NCBI RefSeq assembly: GCF_001194135.2
Contig: NC_068984.1
Location: 91,106,204-91,153,135 of the forward strand
Source of the DNA: Octopus bimaculoides
Lineage: Eukaryota
Direction: 5' to 3'
DNA length: 46,932 bases
The notes under the pieces: model-generated
Database searches by the model: none
Told to the model about the DNA's origin: nothing
What the model saw: the letters and a program-made list of their open reading frames with translations, nothing else
In this document: piece by piece, positions 31,202 through 43,949 of the stretch
Layout of the letters: every line of letters starts with the position of its first letter
How positions within the stretch are numbered: position 1 is the stretch's first letter
Made by a program: the position numbers and the translations under genes

Positions 31202-34200
31202 ATGAATGATATGGAAAGATACTTGAAACCTGACAGATTGAATGTAGACCCAAATTCTACAAATGCTGATAAAACTTTTAATCACTGGTATAGAACTTTA
31301 AACAACTTTATAGATTCACTACCAGGGCAGGAAGGTAGGATTAACTATGTGGAATCGAACGTACACAAATTCATCAGTGAAGCTAAGAACTATGAACAAG
31401 CTGTGAATACACTAAAGAGTGTGTAGATTAAACCAAAGAACATCGTAATGGCACGCCATCTTTTAGCCACAAGAAAACAGAAACCAGGTGAATCTCTAGA
31501 CCAGTTCTTAAACGAATTCAAAATATTAGTGAAAGACTGTGACTTTGTTGCAGTGAGTGCTGAACAGTACCAGTCTGAAATGATTTGAGATGCATTTATA
31601 AATGGGCTCACTTCGAATCAAATATGATAAAGACTATTAGAAAACAAAAGCTTCGACCTCAGTACAGCTTATGATCAAGCAAGTTCACTAGATGTGGTGC
31701 AACAGAGTTCCAGTGTCTTTCTAAACTCTGAGGGTGCTAACTTCAGTCCAACTTCACCCATTGTAGCTAAGCCAATAGATTCTCAAAAGCAGGAAGGAAA
31801 ATACTCTGCCGTGACCCAAAAAGGAGACCCCTTGCAATGTTAGTTTTGTGGCTATTCCAAACACCCACGGACTCACTGCCCTGCGCAGAAAGCAGTCTGT
31901 CACAAATACCAAAAAATAAGGCATTTTGGAAAACTATGTAGGGGCAACGCAGCAACTGTAACACAGGAGGATGGTAAATATGATTTGCCATTGGCAGTAT
32001 CAGCATCAGCAGGTTCACTCTTCCGAGTAACCTCCATGGTTATACTGAACAATAGCTATAAAGCCGAAGCATTAATTGATAGTGGTAGCACTGACAAGAG
32101 CTTCATCAGTGAGAAGCTAGTGAACACACTCAACATTAAGACGGTCAAATTGAAGAACGTCATTGGTATGGCTTTTGCATCTCTTTCTGCGGAATCCAAG
32201 GGATATTGCACTGTTTCACTAACCCTGAATAATCAGAAATACAACCATGTGAAACTGTACGTGCTCAGAAACTTGTGCACTGACTTAATTCTGGGTACTG
32301 ACTTCCAAGAACGGCATGAAATTATTACCAAACAATACGGAGGACAGAGACCACCATTAACATTTACTATGAAAACTGATCCTTCAAAGCTATTCGCTCA
32401 TCTCAGAGAGGACTGTAAACCTATCACAGCCAAATCGTGAAAATACTTGGAATGTGATCAAGAGTTCATCAGGACAGAAGTACACTGCTTAGCAGATGTG
32501 ATTATTGAACCTAGTAACTTCCCTTGGAGATTGCAGGAGTTAGTTGTTCAAGAAAAAAAAAAGTCGAAGAATGGTGATTGACTACTCAGAGACGATTAAC
32601 AAATATACACAGCTTGATGCCTACCCACTTCCTAAAATTGATGAGTTAGTGAACACTATTGCCAAGTATAAAGTCTATAATACTATAGACTTACATTCAG
32701 CATACCATCAGATTCCTCTATCAGAGAAAGACCATCAATTCACTGCCTTTGAAGCTGATGATAAATTATGGCATTATACTAGGATGTCATTTGGAGTAAC
32801 TAATAGCAGCGCATGTTTCCAATGTATAATGGACGACTTCATGAGTAAATACAAGCTGCAAGATACGTTCCCATTCATAGACAATTTAATCATATGTAGG
32901 AAAGATCAAAATGACCATGATAAAAATTTAGAAAAATTTGAAGTGGCAGCAAAAAGTGAAGGGCTTACCATGAATGAAGACAAATGCGTTTACTCAACAA
33001 CAACTCTTGACTTTCTTGGATACCGTATCTCACACAATACCCTCAGCCCTGACCCAGAAAGGCTTGCTCCACTCCTCAATCTTCCTACACCATCTAACCA
33101 GAAATCATTAAAATATATAGACAAAATATATCCTCTAAATAACATATTAAAATTTCCTCTAAACAGCCAACAAGTAAAAGCGTTTGAGTCATTAAAGGTA
33201 GAACTAGCCAATGCTGCCATTCAAGTAATAGAGGAGAACATTCCGTTTACTGTTGAGACAGATGTTTCAGATTTTGCCATATCTGCGACACTAAATCAAG
33301 ATGGAAGACCAGCCGCATTCCATTCTCGCACACTGTAAGGTAGTGAATAGTACCACTCCTCAGTTGAAAAGGAAGAAAAGCAATTATCAAATCAATTCAT
33401 CATTGGAGACACTTTCTTTTAGGTAGACATTTTACATTAATTACTGATCAACGTTCTGTTGCATTCATGTATAATTATAAAGTGACGAGCAAAATTAAAA
33501 ATGCTCCAGATGCATTCACAAAGGTATGCTGTTCAGCAATTAGTTCACATTCACTTTGTGAGTTACATGCAGCACTGTGCCATCTTGGTGTAGTACGCCT
33601 TCATCATTTCGTCCACAGTAGAAATCTTCCATATTCGTTAGAGAATGTGAAACAAATATATAGGAATTGCTCTATATGTCAAGAAGTGAAACCACAATAT
33701 TATAAACCAAACTCAGTTAACTTAATTAAGGCCACACAGCCCTTCAAGTGAATTTCCATCGATTTCAGAGGTCTGATTCCTTCCACGAAGCATCCTTATC
33801 TCCTAACAATGGTTGACGAATATTCTCGGTTTCTGTTTGGTTATCCAGTATCTGACACATCAGCTCAGACTGTAATAAAGTGTATTACAGACTTGTTCTC
33901 AGTTTTTGGTATGCCCAGTTATGTACATTCAGATCATGGAACTGCCTTTATGTCTACAAGATTGAGAGAATGGCTCCTCAGTAAGGGCATTGCAATGAGA
34001 AGGACGACACCATAAATCCCACTGGGAACAGTCAAGTAGAAAGATATAAAGGTATTATTTGGAAGTCAGTACTACTCTCTTTGAAAACCCATGCCCTTCT
34101 AGTATCTTCATGGGAAACAGTTCTTTCAGATGCATTGCATTCAATCAGATCTCTACTTTGTACATCCACTAATGCCACTCCTCATGAACGTCTTTTTAAC

Positions 34201-34584
34201 TATCAAAGACGTTCAGCAACAGGAACATCTATGCCAACATGGCTTCTTAACCCAGGACCTGCGCTTGTTCAAAGGAACAATTGTACTAACAAGTATGACC
34301 CTATCGAGGACCAAGTTAATTTAATCGAAGCCAACCCCCAATACACTCACGTCCGTTACCCAGATGATCACGAAACCACAGTATCTACAAAACAATTGGC
34401 ATCACCAGGGAAGATTAACCCAACTGATAACCTAACCCAAACATTTGTCCCTCAAGAGCCAGACAGAGAGCCAACTGAAATTTCTCCTCCTTCTAGAGAT
34501 AACTGTCAAGAACAAAAAGAAGAATCCCCTCAGCTGCGTCGATCACAAAGGATTTGGAAAGCCCCGGAAAGGTTTGATTTATGA
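31202..34584 (+). pseudogene. gag-pol pseudogene (in-frame gag-protease; several stops and frameshifts)
   Basis: MERYLKPDRLNVDP gag; C*FCGYSKHPRTHC knuckle; ALIDSGS protease; RMVIDY, IDLHSAYHQI, FGVTNS and FIDNL RT; ETDVSDFAI RNase H; H..LCH...C..C, VDEYSRF and HSDHG integrase; ends RRSQRIWKAPERFDL. Confidence 0.93.
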
Positions 34585-34621
34585 TTTTTTGTTTTTCCTT
34601 CTTTTTCTAGGAGGGAGTGAA

Positions 34622-34761
34622 TGTTATGCAAATAACGTTGATATAAAGAGCATGCGCATTTGGCAGGAAGAGGAAGAGAGAGAACGGCCATTCGGAATAA
34701 CATTCAGGACTATGGCTAAAAATTAGTTTCTTTGACCAAGATTTACTGGTTATACATGACA
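34622..34761 (+). repeat. 3' LTR (140 bp)
   Basis: Preceded by the PPT and followed by TSD TTTTG. Confidence 0.92.
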
Positions 34762-34839
34762 TTTTGTAAATGAAATTTTCAGCCATAGTTTTGAAAAAGA
34801 CAAGCTCTGACAGACTGACTTAGCTTTAAAGCCTTCAGT

Positions 34840-36230
34840 GGTGAAACTACAATTCATCAACCATCACAGGGCATCTATATGGTTATGGGCAAAAATTTCC
34901 CCAATGACATTTCAAAATGGATAATATAAATGATTAATTACAGAGAATAAAATTCATCTGACAAAATATGACATTAATATGGCATTTACAAACAAATATC
35001 AATACAATGGGAATGTACAAACTTACACAAATTTGGCCCTGGCCTTCCTAAAAGCTTAAATATAAGAATAATCTAGACTAAAGTATGGCATTAATTTCCA
35101 TAAATATCTGTGGGACTTTGGAAATGTTATTTAGATAACTGGCTCAACTTGTGGTCTTGACCAACTAAATGATTTCAAAACCCTAATCAATAACATAACA
35201 TTTCATTTCATTCTGGAATCTAGTTAAAATCTGCTACATTTCCTGGATATTTTAATAATCGAAAGAGACACAAACATTGAAACCAATAATTACTATGAAA
35301 CCAATAAATACTATGACTCTAAACAAAACTTAAAATTTACTTTATGCCTCCTAAAACATGCCAAAACAAATATGCCATTTAATCTTGCATGAAGAATGTG
35401 TTCAATTATTTTGAATTTTGAAACTCAGAATAATAGACTCTAAGAATTAAAAATATATTGCTTAAAAGACAATACCCAACAATATTGATTTGTAACAGAA
35501 TAGAACATGCCAAACAAATGCATATTCAAGAATTACAAACAACAAAGCACAATTCAGATATTCCCAACAATCTGCCTTATATTATAACATACAACCCAAG
35601 AAATACGGATACATACATCATAAGCCAATAAAACATTCCATTACTGAGGCAAAATCCTAGAATTAAAAGGCACTCAGAATACACAAAATAATTAAAGGCA
35701 AAAGATCACAATAATCCCTAAAAAAATTGATTGCCATCACCAAAATACACACGTAAAACACAGCTGCCAAAGTCAAAAAGTATGGTCATCCTAGCTGAAA
35801 CCTGCATTAATCTAATAGAAAACACATCATATAAATTTAGATTAAAACAATACCAGTTTGTCAAAAAATTTAATTTATGCAGTTAAATGTAATTGATGTT
35901 ACAAAGATTACATGGAACAAATCAAACTATGGTTGAGAAATAGAAAGACTATTTATCATCAACAAATATGGGACAGATCCTACTAAGTGAACATGTACAC
36001 TTATGTGCAATAGACAAATCCCCAAAATTCAGAGTCTTCCTCCTTTCTGTCAAAACTACAGATCTAATGCAGACAAAAGGAAAACATGTTTCAAAAAGTA
36101 CAACGGAAGATTGGATAAACTACAACAACATATTGCAAAGATGCATTCACCAACATTTAAATCAATGATTCTCAATGTGCTCCCTGGGGCATTTGTAGCC
36201 ATAAAAAATTGAAGCCATTTCAGATCTACA
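34840..36230 (+). mobile_element. Decayed Penelope-like element (RT C-terminal half to GIY-YIG)
   Basis: Degenerate FLD, MPFNLA*RMCSII, PYI.TYNP and QQIW...LLSEHVHLC...PKF motifs parallel the PLE copies at 3351-3540 and 40773-42165. Confidence 0.6.
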
Positions 36231-36531
36231 CAGTATTGTTTGATAATAAAGATACTGTTAATAATAATAATTTATAAGAAGACAGAATAATAATAAGAAA
36301 ACAAAATTTAATAATTATTCCATAAGAATCAATAATGTATAATATATAATCAATAATATATTACAATCAATAATTACATAATTTAAATTTTACACTCACA
36401 ACAGTTTCATAATAAATTTGATATTTTTAATAGATCACTACACAATATTGTTTAATAATAAATTTGATACTTTTAATTTATAGAAATAAAGTATTTATTA
36501 TTTTTATCTTTTTTTAAGATCAGTTGTAATA

Positions 36532-38497
36532 ATGTCTGAACCAACTGCTAAAAAGGCAAAACTGAGGAACTACAAAGAAGATTTTATCATGTTTGGTTTT
36601 GTATCTGTAGACTCAAAACCTATGTGTCTTGAATGTGAAACTATCATGACAAATCATTCCATGAAGAAAGTTAAGCTGGAACAGCACCAGAAATTAAGGC
36701 AAAGGTAGACTAAAAAGAAAATACAGCGAATCAAACTACCTGACTTTGTAAAGAAGATAAATACTGAAAAAGCAAAGATACTCAAACCAAGTTATTTGGT
36801 CTCTGAAAATTATTGCCAAGGTTGCAGCATCTCAGATTTATGGCGAGAAACTTGTCAAGCCTGCTATGATAGCTTGTGCAAATGAAGTTCTGGGAAAAGA
36901 TGCTGCATCTACTCTCAAATAACACAATTACAAGAAGACAGGATGAAATGTCTAATTTTGTTGAGGAGAAGATTGTGGAAACTCTCTAAAAGACAAATTT
37001 TTCTATCCAGGTTGATGATAGCACAATTCATAACCAAGCTATCCTTCTGGTCTATGTCAGATTCATCCATGAAGATGATATAAGGAAAGAAATGTTATTC
37101 ATAAAAGTTTATCTGAAACAACTAATGGAGAAGATATATTCAATGAAGTAATGCAGTATTTTAATGATAAAAATATTCCATTGACTAATTTGATCAACAT
37201 TGCATCAGATGGAGCTGCAGCCATGACTGGAAAAGTGAAAGGCTTTGTTTCTAGAATGAAATCAGTTGCTCATCACATTTTTTATATACATTGCATTATC
37301 CACAGACAGCATTTGGTTGCTAAGAATATTGGAGGACACATGGAAGAAGTACTCAACACTGCCATACATGCAATCAACTTTATCCAATCAAACTCAGTGA
37401 ATAATAGATATTTTATGCAATCCTGTGAAAATGAAGATTTTAAAACCCTATTGCTTCACACAGAAGATGGTTGTCAAAAGGCCTGAGCCTTGAAAGACTA
37501 GTGAATTTGTGGGAACCATTAATCAACTTTCTCATGTTCAAGAAGCAAGCTGATACAGCTAAGAAAATTTTAGTAAGACTTTCTGAGTTTAAATCAAAAA
37601 TATTCTACTTGAGTGATATTTTTAAAACAGTGAATCTGCTTAACGTAGAGCTGCAAGGTAGAAAATCAGTTTTGGTCACCTGTTCTCAGAAGATAAAAGG
37701 GTATATGGGGAAATTAAAATTTTTGGAAAAAAACAGTTTGAAAAAAAAATTTGGCATCATTTCAAAATTTTAACACTACTGTTCCTACATCAGAATGCAT
37801 TGCTGTGTGCATTGTCCATCTTGAAGATCTTCATGTAGACTTTGAGAGAAGATACAATGATTTATTAAAGATGGATTATCCACTCTGGTTTGTAGACCTA
37901 GAAAATTATGAGCCAGGAGATGAAAATTTTGAGTTGACTGAAATGTTGTTGGATTTGAAAGAGAATATGAATCTGAGAAGAAGAGTTGAAAAAGAAAGTG
38001 TCTTTGCCTACATATCGATAAAGGAATCACACCCAAATATGTTTCGACATGCAGAAGCAAGCACCATTTCTTTCCCACAACATGGATGGTGGAATCTGCA
38101 TTTTCAGCTGTTGTAGATATTTTAAGTAGAAAAAGAAATAAATTAGATGTCAACAGCAGAGGAACTATCAGACTAAATGAGTTCATTAAAATTGATTATG
38201 ATATCTTCTGTCAGAAACACTAATATCAAGCTAGTCACTAGCTGAATGAACTAAAAATGAATGACTTTAAGAAAAATGATTTTGATATCTTGTGTTTATC
38301 TTTGTTTACTAAAATAAATTTTAAATTTTATCTTTTGATTGCTAAAATAAATTTTAAAGTGTAAATAGACTATTTTGTCTTTTCATTAAGTATTTTAGTG
38401 TGAAAATAGAATAGCATAAAGTAAAAGTAGAAGTGGTCCCTAGAAATTTTTTCAAGTAAAAAATGGTCCCTGGACTGAAAAAGGTTGGGAGTCACTG
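36532..38497 (+). mobile_element. hAT (Buster/Charlie-type) transposon fossil with 3' TIR; 5' end not found
   Basis: BED-like YKEDFIMFGF...PMCLEC...SMKKVKLEQH; FSIQVDDS; ASDGAAAMTG; HCIIHRQHL; LLLHTE; C-terminal ESAFSAV and QASH*. Terminus AAAAAGGTTGGGAGTCACTG is followed by ATCTAAAT (nnnTAnnn site). Confidence 0.87.
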
Positions 38498-39099
38498 ATC
38501 TAAATCACCAAGACATTATACACTTGTTGATATCACTCAGACAGAAATACAAGAACAATCATACAACAAATAATTAACTTACTACCTCTTGCAAGCAAGC
38601 AATCCATTTCTCTATTTACAACTATTTTGACAAGCTGTTTTTAATACTGTCACAAGACATGTTCACTGGGTTAACACAGACTTGACTTTTAGCACAATTA
38701 TTATTCCTGCTGTCACATGACCTAACACAGACATGGCATGCAGTTTTTGTTCATACGGACATGTGACACATTCCTTGAACACAGTTGTAAATTTTGATGC
38801 AATTATTGTTCATGCAGTCACATGTCTCTAATTCATGAACATCTCAAAGAAATAAATGCTATAGCTGATCTCAGCCTATAAAATTATACTGTGGAGAAAG
38901 GATGAGTGACTGGAAGGGAGAGGGAGTTATGTCATAAAGGAACCAGAAGGGGGTTGACGTGATGTCACATCACGAAGTGACAAGAAGATAACATCTTTCA
39001 GGAAAACGGCCTCTTTTTATGGAGTCTGTGGTGAAGTCAAGTCATGTGCTAGGAGTGGTCATAGTGTAGTAGTCCTTGTTGGTAAGTAGTTACAACTTC

Positions 39100-39290
39100 A
39101 CTCAGAACTGTTAAGGTAGCCGTTAGATATAAAAGCCAGAAAAAGGACTTAGTCATTATGGTCATTGCTGGAGAAGGACCAACACAGCTGGATTAAAATC
39201 AGCTACAATACCTCTAACTGATTTGGGAGAAACTATTTAGCATTTTGCATATGAACAATGCATAAGTAGTCATGCAACATGTGGTTACTA
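39100..39290 (+). repeat. Dispersed fragment homologous (inverted) to 28690-28880
   Basis: Shared ACTTCACTCAGAACTGTT.AGGTAGCC.TTAGATATAAAAGCCAG and CTGGATTAAAATCAGCTACAAT segments. Confidence 0.75.
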
Positions 39291-39419
39291 CTGTGAGGTC
39301 TGGCTGATTTTCCCATGGTCTGACACCTGGAGGGATTGTTACTGATTGAAACTTGAGGTAAGAGCATGTTTTCCAGGGTCTACCCCTTCCACATGTTCCC
39401 TCTACAATTAGAGATCAAC

Positions 39420-39422
39420 ACC

Positions 39423-39474
<52 letters not shown>

Positions 39475-42433
39475 AAAAAATAATAAGGTACTCAGATATC
39501 TGGATGGTTGTACATTTACAGATTTTTATTAATATGTCACGTGTTTTATGAATAATAGCGCTTGCACCTATTCTTGTAGGTTCTTCAAAATATGATTTCA
39601 TTTCAGAGAATATCTCTTCTAATAGTATTATTGAATGTGTAGGGACAGAGAGAGATATATAGGATAGTAAAGGAGGGTGAGGAATGGAGGAAAAGGTGAG
39701 AGAGTGTGTGTGTGTGAGTGTTTTTATGTGTGTGAGTGTTTTTGTGTTGGTGTGTGTGTGTATGTGTGTGTGTGTGTGCGCACGTGTGTGTGTGTGTGCC
39801 TGTGTATCTGAAAGGAGTGTCAATGGAAAAGAGAAGGAAAGAAAGAAGGAAGAAAGGAAGAAGGAATTGTGTTTACATCTATACAACTGGTTAGTTAAAA
39901 AAAGGTAGGAGACAATTATGAAAACCAAGTTAATTGGGTTCAATTCTAGTTGGCACAAAAATGTCCCACTATATATGGGTTTCTTGCTGTTCTTAGGTTC
40001 TGTTGTTCCAAAGTTGAATAATGATCAAGAATAATGAAATATTGTGATGAATCAATGAGTGAGGTATCTAAATATTGGTAAGTTCATTTTGTCATAGGCA
40101 TGAATCAAAAATAAATATAAAATATAGCATTTCTGTAGTCATTTACCAATATAAATTGGCAAATGGTACCATTGTTTTAGATACTGAAATAACAAGTTCT
40201 AAAATAGTTTTGGATTCACTTTTAGGATCAAATCCGTTATGGAAAAAATACAAATAAATATAATTACAAAGATAGAGAAAGTATATGTAAAGGTATGAAA
40301 ATACAAAGATAGTGAAGTATGTGAAAGGATGAAAATTGTTGGTGAAATATAAAAAAAATTACAGTTTACTTCACAAATTTGGTTCTTCATCCAATACAAA
40401 TCATTACAGAAATAGTGATATTTCACCAGTCACAGCTATACACACACACACACATATACAAATACATACATATATATATACATATATATAAATACATACA
40501 TACTCACACACGCACATATACACATACATACATACACACACATATATATATATGCATACACACACATATATATATTTTTTTTCAAGAGGAATAAAGATAA
40601 GGAACAATTCTTTACAAAAATGAAGATATTAGGATGGGCAATAATGTACAAGGGAAAATGTCTTGTGGAGGAGCTCAATGAAACAGATATGCATACAATT
40701 TCTTGTACATTGTGAGGACATTATTTTACAGACTAAGTCAATAGTTCTAGATAGGTTGTGATTTTCATGTTTTCAGCCATTCAGTTTGGGTGAGAATTTT
40801 GTTATGAAGTATTTCTCCATATTTTTCCTGAAGGAGGTGTCGTTCCTTGGGCGTTTATAGAAGGGAAAGATCTTAAATTTTCCTTCTCCACATGCTTCTA
40901 AGTGTTTACTCAGTANNNNNNNNNNNNNNNNNNNNNNNNNNNNNNNNNNNNNNNNNNNNNNNNNNNNNNNNNNNNNNNNNNNNNNNNNNNNNNNNNNNNN
41001 NNNNNNNNNNNNNNNNNNNNNNNNNNNNNNNNNNNNNNNNNNNNNNNNNNNNNNNNNNNNNNNNNNNNNNNNNNNNNNNNNNNNNNNNNNNNNNNNNNNN
41101 NNNNNNNNNNNNNNNNNNNNNNNNNNNNNNNNNNNNNNNNNNNNNNNNNNNNNNNNNNNNNNNNNNNNNNNNNNNNNNNNNNNNNNNNNNNNNNNNNNNN
41201 NNNNNNNNNNNNNNNNNNNNNNNNNNNNNNNNNNNNNNNNNNNNNNNNNNNNNNNNNNNNNNNNNNNNNNNNNNNNNNNNNNNNNNNNNNNNGGGGTTAC
41301 TGCAGGTTCCACATCTACCATCTCCACACTCTTTTACGAAGAATTCGGTTTTATTCTCTGATGAGAATTTTGCTCTTGTCAGTTGTTTTTTCAGGTTTTT
41401 CTCTTGGCGTTTACTGTTTTTTATGCAATAATTGTTTAATAGGTTTCCCATTTTGGGGCTTTATAGGACTATTGGTAAGTTTGAATGTATAATTTGAAAC
41501 ATGTTGGTAACTCCAGGGTTGTGTGTGTTTATGAAAGGGATGATGTTTGCTTTGTTTTTCTTTTTTGGAGTTCTGAGTTGTGTGATGTCCAGTTTCATTG
41601 TTCTTGAGATTGCGTCTTTTATTAAGGTGAGTGGGTATTTTTGTTCTAGTTGGAAGTTTTTAAGTTCATCTAGTCTTATTTGGCATGTCTGTGAGTCGGT
41701 CACTAAGCTGCATATGCGTCTTGCCATACTATATGGAATATTTCTTTTTATGTGGGATGGGTGGCAGGAGTAGAAATTTAAATATTGGTGTGTGTCGGTT
41801 TTTTTGTAGTAGATGTCTGTTGTGACAATGGAGTTGTGTATCTTGATGTTGATATCTAGTAAGGGAAGTTTGTTGTAGTTGGTATCTATTGTGAAGTGGA
41901 TAGATGGGTGAAGTGTGTTGAGGACATTGTGGAATGTTCATAGATCGTCTGATCTGTTCCAAAAGATGAAACAGTCATTGAGGTAGCATTTCCACTTTTT
42001 TCTTGATGTCTTCTTTGAAGTTGTGTTCGAAGATGTTACCTATTTCATTGTATAGTTTGTTCTCAGGGAAACCTATCACTAGGTTGGCATATGAAGGTGC
42101 AAATTTCGTACCCATAGCCATGCCCTTTACTGTCGGTATGACTTGTTGTTAAATGAGAATGTGTTCTCTTCAGATATACAGGCACACACACACACACGCA
42201 CACGCACGCGCACACACACACACACACACACACACCAACACAAAACACTCACACACACACACTCTCTCACTTTTTCCTCCATTCCTCACCCTCCTTTACT
42301 ATCCTATATATCTCTCTCTGTCCCTACACATTCAATAATACTATTAGAAGAGATATTCTCTGAAGTGAAATCATATTTTGAAGAACCTACAAGAATAGGT
42401 GCAAGCGCTAATATTTATAAAACATGTGACATA
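39420..42433 (-). mobile_element. 5'-truncated Penelope-like retroelement with inverted terminal duplication
   Basis: RT (ENTFSFNNKSYRQ, AMGTKFAPSYANL, LLDI, IPYSMARRI), linker CGDGRCGTC, and GIY-YIG C-terminus FKIFPFY...EKYFITKFSPKLN (42165 to 40773). 39533-39812 is repeated inverted at 42169-42433. Confidence 0.82.
40916..41292. other. Assembly gap (N run)
   Basis: Run of N. Confidence 1.
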
Positions 42434-43134
42434 NNNNNNNNNNNNNNNNNNNNNNNNNNNNNNNNNNNNNNNNNNNNNNNNNNNNNNNNNNNNNNNNNNN
42501 NNNNNNNNNNNNNNNNNNNNNNNNNNNNNNNNNNNNNNNNNNNNNNNNNNNNNNNNNNNNNNNNNNNNNNNNNNNNNNNNNNNNNNNNNNNNNNNNNNNN
42601 NNNNNNNNNNNNNNNNNNNNNNNNNNNNNNNNNNNNNNNNNNNNNNNNNNNNNNNNNNNNNNNNNNNNNNNNNNNNNNNNNNNNNNNNNNNNNNNNNNNN
42701 NNNNNNNNNNNNNNNNNNNNNNNNNNNNNNNNNNNNNNNNNNNNNNNNNNNNNNNNNNNNNNNNNNNNNNNNNNNNNNNNNNNNNNNNNNNNNNNNNNNN
42801 NNNNNNNNNNNNNNNNNNNNNNNNNNNNNNNNNNNNNNNNNNNNNNNNNNNNNNNNNNNNNNNNNNNNNNNNNNNNNNNNNNNNNNNNNNNNNNNNNNNN
42901 NNNNNNNNNNNNNNNNNNNNNNNNNNNNNNNNNNNNNNNNNNNNNNNNNNNNNNNNNNNNNNNNNNNNNNNNNNNNNNNNNNNNNNNNNNNNNNNNNNNN
43001 NNNNNNNNNNNNNNNNNNNNNNNNNNNNNNNNNNNNNNNNNNNNNNNNNNNNNNNNNNNNNNNNNNNNNNNNNNNNNNNNNNNNNNNNNNNNNNNNNNNN
43101 NNNNNNNNNNNNNNNNNNNNNNNNNNNNNNNNNN
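42434..43134. other. Assembly gap (N run)
   Basis: Run of N. Confidence 1.
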
Positions 43135-43949
43135 ATATATATATATAACATATTTTATTTTATAAACCAAGGCAAATAACCCATTCACCTCTGGAAGGGT
43201 TCCTTATATATAGCCAAGGGAAAATAACCCATTCATTTTCCTAAATTATTTGGTAAAAATGAAATTGAGTATCCTTATTTCTTAGTATTTGAACTGTTAG
43301 AGTTATTTTTGCAATTTATCCAATACAACCCTTAAACAAGTAAACAGTATTTTCCTAAACAATAGATCCACTTATTTCGGTTAGTGATTTATTCACAAAT
43401 ATACCAACACTAGTGCTCCTGAGGGTAAAATTCTCTGGGAACACACAAAAGCCCTTTTCAGAGTTATTTTGTTTGTATGTAGTTTTTTTACATACTTCAC
43501 TGAAGCTCAGCTTTAAAATTTTCTGAATTGCTACAATGCAACAATTTCCAGTGAAGCAATATTTTTTTACCTAACAGCAGACTGTCAGCATCTTTTTCAA
43601 CAAATTTATAGGGAATTATTGTGTATGTGTGAGTGTGTGTGTATGTGTGTGTGTGCATGTGCATTCCTGCAGCTAGGTATATGAAGTTTTGCATAGGATA
43701 CATCTTCAAGGATAATATCATTGGCTATATGACTTTTATGACACTTGCTATAAACACAGGCAATTTATTTATCTATCTACTTATCTACCCTCTACCTACC
43801 TACTTACCTACTCTTAGACTTCTTTCTTCCTCATCGCTATGGCTTCTACAGAACCAAATCCACTTGATATTTACTCTCCATTCCTCAGAACTTCAGTGAA
43901 AGCAATGTTGTTGCATTTAACATCAACAAAGCTTTTGGTTATGTCTGGC

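Larger units (their letters stand above)
30986..34761 (+). mobile_element. Complete but decayed Ty3/Gypsy LTR retrotransposon
   Basis: LTRs 30986-31120 and 34622-34761 (TGTTA...TGACA). TSD TTTTG at 30981-30985 and 34762-34766. PPT AGGAGGGAGTGAA at 34609-34621. Domain order gag(CCHC)-PR-RT-RH-IN. Confidence 0.95.

Noticed and set aside
40379-40678. Overlapping His/Thr/Tyr/Ile- or Val/Cys/Tyr-rich ORFs (also at 39431-39958 and 42063-42338)
   Set aside because: Translations of (CA)n/(TA)n microsatellites.
42399-43188. Long ORFs of 247-340 aa
   Set aside because: Composed almost entirely of N-gap codons.
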